A DNA stretch of 64,000 nt, from contig CBDETK010000013.1 in the NCBI GenBank assembly GCA_965242865.1, positions 2,336,001 through 2,400,000 on the forward strand, read 5' to 3'. Position numbers and translations under genes: made by a program. Under the pieces are notes generated by a model, which saw nothing but the letters and a program-made list of their open reading frames with translations, ran no database searches and was not told the DNA's origin. Source of the stretch: Candidatus Latescibacterota bacterium. GTDB lineage: Bacteria; Latescibacterota; UBA2968; UBA8231. Of the stretch, positions 1-8,055 are shown one piece after another (positions within the stretch are counted from its first letter, which is position 1; every line of letters begins with the position of its first letter).

Positions 1-545
1 TGGGCCCACGTCCTTTCCTTCTGTGGTAAGTAGGAGGCGTGTTTTCGCCTGAACTCAATGTCGGTCATCGTGCCTTTGGCTTGATTGCAACGGCGGCAGG
101 CTAGCTGAACATTCCGGACGTTGTCCTCGCCACCTCGAACCTTCGGAATCATGTGCTCGACTTGGAGCTCGTTGTACAAATAGTTGTTACCGCAGTAAAC
201 GCACTTGCCTTGCTGCTTATCGAACAGCAGGCGTTTGTCCGCGGCTTTTGGGTCATTTTCCAGTAAAGCGGAGCGCTCGTCAAAGGTGTCGGCTCTGACC
301 GGGTCATATCTACGGGTCTTCTGCTTCGCTTCCGCCGATTTCGATTCTCTACTGTGCGCTGCGTTGGCTTTCTTGTTGCACTCAATGCAGATCGAATTCT
401 TTGCGTCTTTGTACACCACGCCGCACTGTGGGCACTTGTCAATAGTGCCTTTCCGTTTTTCCCGCCAGTGCTCAAGGCACAGGTAATGGTCTTCCCTTGG
501 TAGTTTCTCGTTACAGAATTCCTTGTTGCAGAGATGCTGTTTCAT
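1..545 (-). CDS. HNH endonuclease with N-terminal Cys-rich (Zn-binding) region; runs off the window edge
   Basis: Not in the ORF track. Read manually from ATG at 545 with GGAG upstream: MKQHLCNKEFC...CPQC...CIEC...QQGKCVYCG...LQVEHMIPKVRGGEDNVRNVQLACRRCNQAKG, a McrA-type HNH signature. Confidence 0.88.
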   Translation of the reverse strand, partial: MKQHLCNKEFCNEKLPREDHYLCLEHWREKRKGTIDKCPQCGVVYKDAKNSICIECNKKANAAHSRESKSAEAKQKTRRYDPVRADTFDERSALLENDPKAADKRLLFDKQQGKCVYCGNNYLYNELQVEHMIPKVRGGEDNVRNVQLACRRCNQAKGTMTDIEFRRKHASYLPQKERTWA

Positions 546-811
546 TTTTGCACTCCAGATTTAGGGCTTTATACTATCCTGAATCTTGTTGGCTGCCTGC
601 TGCCACTATGGATACCGACAAGCTCAGTGTGCCCAACAAATTTTTGCGCTTTTAGGCTGGTGTATGAGATAGTTTGTAAAGATATAGGCGGGTCGCGTGT
701 AGAGCAAAAGGGACAGAGGTGCATGGAAAAGGATACAGTGCTAGGGCACCGGGGACATAGATAGGGCGGATGGCACGATCCTTGCATGAGGCTGTAAAAG
801 GAGGACAGACC

Positions 812-2365
812 ATGTGGCGACTGTGGGTGTTGATATTGATCGGCCCGGTGTGGGCCGAGGAGGACTTGGGGGAGGAGGACGCGAGCTATTTAGAACAGCG
901 GTTGGACGATTTGAAGGCGTTGGACGCGGCGGCCGTGCGGTGGCGGGTGCGCGGGGCCGAGATGGCTTGGGGGCAGTGGCAGTTGTACCAGCGAGTGGAG
1001 GTCGCGCCGGTCAGGGGCCAAGCGTTTTTTGGCTTGGTCGAGCGCGATCGCGGCGAAGCAAGCTGGAGCGACTTTAGGACGTTTTACTACGCAGTGCAGC
1101 GGGAGCAATCCGAATGGGTCGTCGGCGATCTGCGGCCCGGCACGGGCGCGGGCTTGGTGTTTGGGCGCAGCCGCCGCGGGAGCATCGCGCCGAGGATGCC
1201 AGCCGCAGACAGTCGGCGCTTGGGCTATCGCTCTAGCGGGGAAAATCACGCCCTGCGCGGCGCGGCGTGGCGCTACGAGGGCCGCGCATGGAGCGGAATG
1301 CTGCTCGGGGGGTGGACGCACCGGGACGGACGCTTGGACGAACAGGGCCGGGTGCGCTCCCTGCCCGAAAGCGGCTATCACGTAACCGCGACCGAGGTGG
1401 CCGGCCGCGACCTGCTCGGCATCCGGGCCGGCGGGGGCCGCCTGCACTGGCGGGGCGAGCATTGGCAGGGGGGCGCGACCGCGCTGGCCTTGGACTTTTC
1501 CCGCGACCTCGACTTGCGGCGGGGCGGGCGGACGCCTTGGGACTTTGTCGGCGACGCGCAGCGCATGGGGGCCGTGGATGTGCGCGTGGAGTGGGGCCGG
1601 GGCCGAGCGGCCTTGGAAGTGGCCAGCGATGGAGCAGGGCACTGGGGCATGGTGGGGGCGGTGCGGGTGCGGTACGGGGGCCTGCGGCTGCGGACGCTGG
1701 GCCGCTACTACGCGCCGGGGTTCCACAGCTTCTTTGGCGCGGCACCGGGAACCTCGGCCATGCAAAACGAACAGGGCGTCGTGGCCGAGGCCAGCGGGCG
1801 GGGCTGGCGTGCGTACGCGGATGTGTACCGCCGACCGGCCCGCTCCTACTTCATCCCCGTGCCGGCTACGTATGCCACTTGGGGGGCCGAGCTAAAGAGG
1901 CGGTTGGGCCGGCGCTGGGCCATGCGCGGACAGTGGCAAAGACGCCTGCGACCGCACTGGACGAGCGAGCGGTTGGTCCAAGAGCGCAGCCACAAGTGGC
2001 GGTTGGACTTGGAGCGGGGGGCTTGGCGCGGGCGCGGCGAGTGGGTGCGCTGGCAGCGGGCCGGGCGCGGCGAGTGGGGCCTGTTGGGCAGCGTGCGGTT
2101 TAAGACGCGCTGGCTGACCTTGCACCTGAGCCGCTACCGCACGGACTCGTACTGGACGCGGATCTACGAATACGAGGTCGATTTGCCCGGGGCCGTGAGC
2201 ATTCGCCCGCTCTACGGCGCGGGCTGGCGCGGGTACGCGCTCGTGGCGGTCGCCTATCGCGGCTGGCGCCTGAGCAGCCGCTACCGCATCCAGCACGACC
2301 AGCGGCTGCGGCACTACGGCGGCGTCCAGCTCGACTGGAGCCGCGGTCGTATTGACAACCGCTAG
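812..2365 (+). CDS. Probable outer-membrane beta-barrel protein resembling the barrel part of Bacteroidota ComEA/helix-hairpin-helix family proteins
   Basis: AGGAGG RBS then signal peptide MWRLWVLILIGPVWA; Trp/Tyr/Gly/Arg-rich alternating strands; motifs GD..PG.G.GLVF and TDSYWTRIYEYEVDL...LYG.G.R.Y. Confidence 0.55.
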   Translation: MWRLWVLILIGPVWAEEDLGEEDASYLEQRLDDLKALDAAAVRWRVRGAEMAWGQWQLYQRVEVAPVRGQAFFGLVERDRGEASWSDFRTFYYAVQREQSEWVVGDLRPGTGAGLVFGRSRRGSIAPRMPAADSRRLGYRSSGENHALRGAAWRYEGRAWSGMLLGGWTHRDGRLDEQGRVRSLPESGYHVTATEVAGRDLLGIRAGGGRLHWRGEHWQGGATALALDFSRDLDLRRGGRTPWDFVGDAQRMGAVDVRVEWGRGRAALEVASDGAGHWGMVGAVRVRYGGLRLRTLGRYYAPGFHSFFGAAPGTSAMQNEQGVVAEASGRGWRAYADVYRRPARSYFIPVPATYATWGAELKRRLGRRWAMRGQWQRRLRPHWTSERLVQERSHKWRLDLERGAWRGRGEWVRWQRAGRGEWGLLGSVRFKTRWLTLHLSRYRTDSYWTRIYEYEVDLPGAVSIRPLYGAGWRGYALVAVAYRGWRLSSRYRIQHDQRLRHYGGVQLDWSRGRIDNR

Positions 2366-2432
2366 CGGCCCAAATAGTTTGAACCATGCCCCCCACGACA
2401 AAAGCACCCGCTGCTCGGACCGACCGCGATAA

Positions 2433-2982
2433 ATGGCCTGGCATTCGTCGATCAAACTGTATCCGTCCACACTCCGAGCGGTTCGGCTGTATTTTAACAT
2501 TGTGGTCCGAGCAGCCGTCTTGGCACTGATTTGGGGCGTTCTATTAGCTATCGGCACGGGGCTCAACTGGCTGATAGACTTCGCACTGGGAGCATTCGCT
2601 GCCTCTGAAAAGGTTAAAAGTATTTCGCTACAGATCTCTCTTGGGTACATTATCGCATTAGGAGTTGCAGCGACTTTGACCAGTCTGAAGGACGTGTGGG
2701 ATTTGACCCTCGCTAGCCTACGCAAGTCTTCCGCCGATGATTTGGGGCGTTCTATTAGCTATCGGCACGGGGCTCAACTGGCTGATAGACTTCGCACTGG
2801 GAGCATTCGCTGCCTCTGAAAAGGTTAAAAGTATTTCGCTACAGATCTCTCTTGGGTACATTATCGCATTAGGAGTTGCAGCGACTTTGACCAGTCTGAA
2901 GGACGTGTGGGATTTGACCCTCGCTAGCCTACGCAAGTCTTCCGCCGATGAACCGGACGATCGCGAGGAAGAGAAACCATGA
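2433..2982 (+). pseudogene. Small membrane protein disrupted by an internal 211-bp tandem duplication (split into ORFs 2433-2819 and 2737-2982)
   Basis: Hydrophobic ORFs share an identical block IWGVLL...RKSSAD; duplication length is not a multiple of 3. Confidence 0.7.
2527..2951. repeat. Exact 211-bp tandem duplication
   Basis: TGATTTGGGGCGTTCTATTAGC...TCTTCCGCCGATGA begins at 2527 and again at 2738. Confidence 0.95.
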
Positions 2983-3596
2983 AAAAAGCCCTTCTTCCCG
3001 TTGGCGATTTCAAGCTGGCAATCGCATATACCACGGCGTGGATGCTCGCGTTTTGGGCGGTAGAACATCCCATAGGCGATTGGGCGGTAACGGCTGTCGT
3101 TTTGTATGGTTTGCTATGGCTATCGAGAGAAGTCGTCTCCGTCTTGATACTATTTGTAGAAGAGCGCATGCAAGGGTACGCAAAGCGCGTCGTCCAAAAG
3201 GCCGGCGTTGAATTCTGCGTGGAATCACTCCCTGAATACAGCCTTCGGGACAAGTTGTTTTTTGCCGCTTACGTCTCGCTAGCGTGTTTTACCATCATCG
3301 GCCTCTCCCTGATCGTCGGGCTCCCTGCGATCCGTCTGTATGGACTTACTCCGCTTCCTGCTTTTTTTGTGTGGATAGCTTGGGGACTCTTTCTCGTCGG
3401 AGGAATCGGCGTGTCCCTGATATTGGGGATTGCAATGTGGCTGTTGTCTTCGGCCAACGCTGGAATCAACGCGACAATCGCCTCCCAACAAGCCTATGCC
3501 GCTGTCAACCGCAAACCGACCGAATTAGAATGGCGTCTATTGTTTTTGTACGTACTCCTGTTGTATCGCTTTCATCTGCAATTCGGTCGTCGCTAA
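2979..3596 (+). CDS. Hypothetical polytopic membrane protein in a lower-GC patch
   Basis: 205-aa ORF with 4-5 hydrophobic segments; ATGA overlap with the upstream ORF. Confidence 0.65.
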   Translation: MKKALLPVGDFKLAIAYTTAWMLAFWAVEHPIGDWAVTAVVLYGLLWLSREVVSVLILFVEERMQGYAKRVVQKAGVEFCVESLPEYSLRDKLFFAAYVSLACFTIIGLSLIVGLPAIRLYGLTPLPAFFVWIAWGLFLVGGIGVSLILGIAMWLLSSANAGINATIASQQAYAAVNRKPTELEWRLLFLYVLLLYRFHLQFGRR

Positions 3597-3651
3597 CCTA
3601 AACCTACGGTCGGCCCCGCCCTCTCATGGAAACCGCGCGGCGACTCGCTGC

Positions 3652-6303
3652 ATGAGATACCTTCTACTGCCCATCGCCGCTTGGGTCGCGGTCGTCGAGG
3701 TCGGCGCAGCTCCTCTGCAAGGCGTCGTCCCCCAAACCGGGCACGTCCACGCCCTGACCATCTTCGCGCACTTTGCCGACGAGGGCGGCGTGGGCCGCGC
3801 GGTCCCGTCGTTTGCGGCGGAGATTTTCACCGAGCAGCCGGGCAGCTTGACCCACTTCTACCGCGAGATGTCGCGCGGGCAGTTTGAACTCACCGGCGAG
3901 GTGCTGCCGCGCTGGTATGCGTCCCGCAGCAAGGCCGAGGCCTACGCGACGGGCGGTTTTGGTCGCTTTGCCCGCGAGGTCTTACAGGCCGTTGATGCGG
4001 ACGTGGATTTGGGCCGCTACGACAACGACGGCCCCGATGGCGTACCCAACTCCGGCGACGACGATGGAGCCGTGGATTTTGTCTTTATCGTCTCGGCCTC
4101 GGCCCCGTCGGGTTTTATTATCAAAGAGGCTACGGGCGTGGCCGAGCTCGGGTTGGGCAGCGATTTTGTCAGCCAAGACCGCGCCCAACGCGGCGGCTCC
4201 ATCCGGGTGCGCTCAGACGACGGGGCTGTGCAGCGCGGGCGGTTTTTTGCCGAAGCGGTGGGCACCATGGCCCACGAGTTTGGGCACTTTCTGGGCCTGC
4301 CCGACCTGTACGACCGCGAATATGAGTCCGAGCCGGCCGACGACTCGGGCGGCATTGGCTATTGGGGCTTGATGGGGCACGGCAACCGCGGCTGGGGCGA
4401 GGTAGATGGCCCCAACCCCTTTTGCGTTTGGAGCTTGGGCCAGCTCGGGTGGCTGGGGATAAACAACCAACAGCTCAACGTGCTGAGCCAAGACCGAGAC
4501 GACGTGGTTTTTGCCGATGTCAACGCCGGCGGGGCGGTGTACCTATTGCCGGTGCCGGCGCCGGCCGAGCACTTTTTCCTCGTGGCGTTCCGCAGCCGCC
4601 GGCACAGCTACTACGAGCGCAATCTGCCGGCCGAGGGCCTGCTGATCTGGCGCGTCCATCCCACCCGCTACAGCAATAATTTGGAAGCCACCAAGCTGGT
4701 GGACTTGGTATGCGCCGATGGGCAATTTCGCGATGCCGGCTTTCCCTTGGGCCGCGAGCCAGCCCCGTTTACTGGCCGCGACAACCTCGACTTTTGGGCG
4801 CACGACGCCGGCTACCGCACGGATTTTGGCGGCAACCTCGGCGACGCGACCGACGTGTTTGATGGCGAGCAATTTACCGACTTCTGGGCCGCGTCCAATC
4901 CAGCGTCCTCGCCCGGGATTAGCGTGACCCGCATCCGCCGCCAAGGCGCCGCCATGGTGGCCGATCTCAAGCTCCAAGACCGCCGCCGGGCCGGGCCAAT
5001 TGCCGATGTCGAGGTCTGGAGCGAGCGCATTGAGGTCGTCGGCGATGTGACCGTCCTGCCCCAAGGGCGGCTCGAGGTCCACGCGGACGCGGAGGTGCTC
5101 GTGGGGCCGGACGCGCTGGGCGCGGGCGCGGATCCGGCGCGCGTGGAGCTACAGGTGTACGGCGCCGTCACCGTCGGGGTCTTGGGGCGAGGGCAGGCCG
5201 TCTTCCGCTCGGCCGCGCCCGCGCCGCAGCCCGGGGATTGGCAGGGCCTCGTGCTGCACCCAACGGCCTCGATTTACCTGCGCCGCGCCCGCATCGACCA
5301 CGCCCGCTATGGCCTGTGGGCCAAAAAGCTAGACCACGCCCTGACCTTGGAAGAGGTGGAAGTCTATCACGCCGGCGCGGACGGCATTCGCTTGGAGCAG
5401 GTTGAAGAGGAGATCGTCTTGGACGGCGTGCAGGTCGAGGGCGCGGCCGGCGTGGGCATTTGGGTGGGCGGCTCGGGCTTGACGCGGGTGCAGCGCTCCG
5501 AGTTGCGGGCCAATGGGCGCGCTGGGCTTTGGCGCGAGGGCGGGTTTTTGTCGTTGCGCGACAGCCGCTTCACCGCCAATGGCTCGGCCGCGCCCGAGGA
5601 GGCCAACTTGGTCTTGGGGCGGGGCGTCAGCGGGGAGGTGGTGGGCAATGCGTTTATTGATGGGATCGGGCTGTACTGCGCGGAGACGCGGGAGGTCGAG
5701 ATCGAGGCCAACGCGCTGCACAATCACGCGGTGGGCCTGTGGACCCGAAGTGCGCGGCCGCGCATCGTGCGCAATCACTTCGTCCGCAACGCGCTGGCCC
5801 TGCGGGTGGAGGGGAGCGCGGTGCCGGCGCGCTTGGTCTTAAACGGCGTCCAAGACAGCGAGCAATTGCTCGACAATCGGGCCAACCAACCCCTGCAGGC
5901 GATCAACAACTGGTGGGGGACCGAGGACGAGGACTGGATTGCGGCTCGGATCCGCGGCGAGGTCAACTGGCGGCCCTTTCTCAACTTTGACCCGCGCCGG
6001 CCCTTGGACTTTGCCTTGGGGCAGAATTACCCCAACCCGTTCAACGCGGGTACGCAGATCGACTATCAGATCGGGATCAACGACCCCATCGTCGCCGGCC
6101 AGACCCTAGTCGAGCTCGAAGTCCGCACCGCGACCGGCGGCTTGGTGCGGCACTTGGTCAACGACTTGGCGGCACCGGGATTGTACAGCACCGCTTGGGA
6201 TGGCCGCGACGAGCGGGGCGAGCGCGTGGCCAGCGGTATGTACTATTATATACTGCGCATCGGGCCGATCTCGCGCGCCAACAAGATGGTTTTTATCAAA
6301 TGA
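3652..6303 (+). CDS. Secreted M6 family (immune inhibitor A-like) metalloprotease with beta-helix repeats and FlgD-Ig/T9SS type A-like C-terminal domain
   Basis: Signal peptide; SLTHFYREMS.G; DNDGPDGVPNSGDDDG; AHEFGHFLGLPDLYD; GYWGLMG; tail QNYPNPFN...WDGRDERG..VASGMY. Confidence 0.88.
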   Translation: MRYLLLPIAAWVAVVEVGAAPLQGVVPQTGHVHALTIFAHFADEGGVGRAVPSFAAEIFTEQPGSLTHFYREMSRGQFELTGEVLPRWYASRSKAEAYATGGFGRFAREVLQAVDADVDLGRYDNDGPDGVPNSGDDDGAVDFVFIVSASAPSGFIIKEATGVAELGLGSDFVSQDRAQRGGSIRVRSDDGAVQRGRFFAEAVGTMAHEFGHFLGLPDLYDREYESEPADDSGGIGYWGLMGHGNRGWGEVDGPNPFCVWSLGQLGWLGINNQQLNVLSQDRDDVVFADVNAGGAVYLLPVPAPAEHFFLVAFRSRRHSYYERNLPAEGLLIWRVHPTRYSNNLEATKLVDLVCADGQFRDAGFPLGREPAPFTGRDNLDFWAHDAGYRTDFGGNLGDATDVFDGEQFTDFWAASNPASSPGISVTRIRRQGAAMVADLKLQDRRRAGPIADVEVWSERIEVVGDVTVLPQGRLEVHADAEVLVGPDALGAGADPARVELQVYGAVTVGVLGRGQAVFRSAAPAPQPGDWQGLVLHPTASIYLRRARIDHARYGLWAKKLDHALTLEEVEVYHAGADGIRLEQVEEEIVLDGVQVEGAAGVGIWVGGSGLTRVQRSELRANGRAGLWREGGFLSLRDSRFTANGSAAPEEANLVLGRGVSGEVVGNAFIDGIGLYCAETREVEIEANALHNHAVGLWTRSARPRIVRNHFVRNALALRVEGSAVPARLVLNGVQDSEQLLDNRANQPLQAINNWWGTEDEDWIAARIRGEVNWRPFLNFDPRRPLDFALGQNYPNPFNAGTQIDYQIGINDPIVAGQTLVELEVRTATGGLVRHLVNDLAAPGLYSTAWDGRDERGERVASGMYYYILRIGPISRANKMVFIK

Positions 6304-7844
6304 AAATCGCGGCGGACTATCTCGTCCTCGGCAGCGGTATTGCCGGTCTGTTCTTTGCCCTCAAGGCCGCTCAGCACGGGTCGGTCGCCGTGGTGACCAA
6401 GCGCGAGCGGCGCGAGTCCAACACCCAATACGCGCAAGGCGGCATTGCCGCGGCCATGGCGGGGGCCGATTCGGTCGCCAGCCACGCGCAGGACACGATC
6501 GCGGCCGGTGCCGGCCTGTGCGACCGCACGGTCGTCGAAGGGGTGGTGGCCGAAGGGCCGGAGGTGGTGAACGAGTTGCGGGCGATTGGGGCGCAGTTCA
6601 ACCAAGCGCGGCCCGGGGTGTTGGCGTTGGGGCGCGAAGGGGGCCACGCATCCGCGCGGGTAGTCCATGCGGACGACGCAACCGGCCGCGAGGTGATGCG
6701 CGCCTTGGTCGCGGCCGTGCAAGCCCTGCCGCAGGTGACCTGGTACGATCACCATCTGGCCGTGGACCTGATCGTGGACGATCAACGGCGGTGCCACGGG
6801 GCGTGGGTGTTGGACGCAGAAGCGGTGCCCAGTGCCGCCTTGGCGCCGGTTACGCTGCTGGCGACGGGCGGCTGCGGGCAGGTTTTTTTGCACACCACCA
6901 ACCCGCCCGTGGCCTCTGGCGACGGCGTGGCCATGGCCTGGCGGGCCGGAGCGCGGGTGGGCAACATGGAGTTTATGCAGTTCCACCCGACCATGCTGTA
7001 CAATCCGGGCCAGCCCTCGTTCCTGATTACCGAGGCGTTGCGCGGGTTTGGCGCCGTGCTGATCGACGAGCGCGGCGCGGCCTTCACCGACCCCTTGCAG
7101 ACGCGCGACGTGGTCTCGCGGGCCATTGTCGCGCAAATGCAGCACGGCGCGGCCGAGTGCGTCTATTTGGACGTCACCGGCCAAGCCGCGCACGAGACCC
7201 GCGACCGCTTTCCCAACATCTACCGGCATTGTCTGGCGATGGGGGTAGATATGACTCGGACGCCGATTCCGGTGGTGCCGGCGGCCCACTACAGCTGCGG
7301 TGGGGTGTGGACGGACCGGCACGGCCAGACGGATCTCGCGGGTCTATACGCGGCCGGCGAGGTGGCGATGAGTGGGTTTCAGGGGGCCAACCGGCTGGCG
7401 AGCAACTCCCTGCTGGAAGGCTTAGTCTTTGCGCACCGTGCGGCCGAGCATGCTCGGACAGCCGCGCCCTCAGCCGTGGGTCGGTTCGAGCGGGTGCATC
7501 CGGGCGCTGGGGTCGCGCCCGTTGCGCTAGCCGAGCAGCGGGAGTTGGAGTTGCTGCGGCGCTTGATGTGGGACGAGGTGGGTATCGTGCGCAGCGACCG
7601 CGGCTTGCAGCGGGCTTGCGAGGAAGCCGCACGGCTGGCGCGAGAAATTGCCGCGTTGCACCGGGCGCAGCCGCTCGACGCCGAGCTGGTCCAGCTGCAC
7701 AATTTGGCGACCGTGGCCCTGCTCATTGCCCGCTCGGCCCGGCAGCGTTTGGAAAGCCGCGGCGTCCACTACAACCGCGACCATCCCGCCTCCGACGATG
7801 CCCGCTGGCAGCGGCCGACGCTGCTGGCCAACCGCCGAATGTAA
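6300..7844 (+). CDS. nadB: L-aspartate oxidase
   Basis: GSGIAGL FAD site, SNTQYAQGGIAA, REGGH, LATGG, GDGVAMA, MEFMQFHPT, LITEALRG, AAHYSCGG, GANRLASNSLLE, ESRGVHY; ATGA overlap with upstream gene. Confidence 0.95.
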   Translation: MKIAADYLVLGSGIAGLFFALKAAQHGSVAVVTKRERRESNTQYAQGGIAAAMAGADSVASHAQDTIAAGAGLCDRTVVEGVVAEGPEVVNELRAIGAQFNQARPGVLALGREGGHASARVVHADDATGREVMRALVAAVQALPQVTWYDHHLAVDLIVDDQRRCHGAWVLDAEAVPSAALAPVTLLATGGCGQVFLHTTNPPVASGDGVAMAWRAGARVGNMEFMQFHPTMLYNPGQPSFLITEALRGFGAVLIDERGAAFTDPLQTRDVVSRAIVAQMQHGAAECVYLDVTGQAAHETRDRFPNIYRHCLAMGVDMTRTPIPVVPAAHYSCGGVWTDRHGQTDLAGLYAAGEVAMSGFQGANRLASNSLLEGLVFAHRAAEHARTAAPSAVGRFERVHPGAGVAPVALAEQRELELLRRLMWDEVGIVRSDRGLQRACEEAARLAREIAALHRAQPLDAELVQLHNLATVALLIARSARQRLESRGVHYNRDHPASDDARWQRPTLLANRRM

Positions 7845-7927
7845 GCGGGCTTATCCACGTAGTAGCAGTTCGTCTGGCGAATCTCGCGGAAGGTCTGAAT
7901 GCCAATGGGCAGTCTGCGTCTGGTCAT
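7769..7927 (-). pseudogene. N-terminal remnant of an AAA-ATPase-like/PD-(D/E)XK nuclease family gene
   Basis: Manual translation from ATG 7927: MTRRRLPIGIQTFREIRQTNCYYVDKPAYIRRL, the characteristic family N-terminus; the frame then runs antisense into nadB and stops at about 7769. Confidence 0.8.
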
Positions 7928-8055
7928 GGCTGCTGTCTAGTGGGCGCCTGTTCGGTTGGGTTACTAGTCTCAATGACCATCCGCATCCGAGCCTGCTCGT
8001 GCCACAACCTATTTTCGCCGCCCGGTCTAAAGACCAGGGTCTCCCCCAAAAAGGT

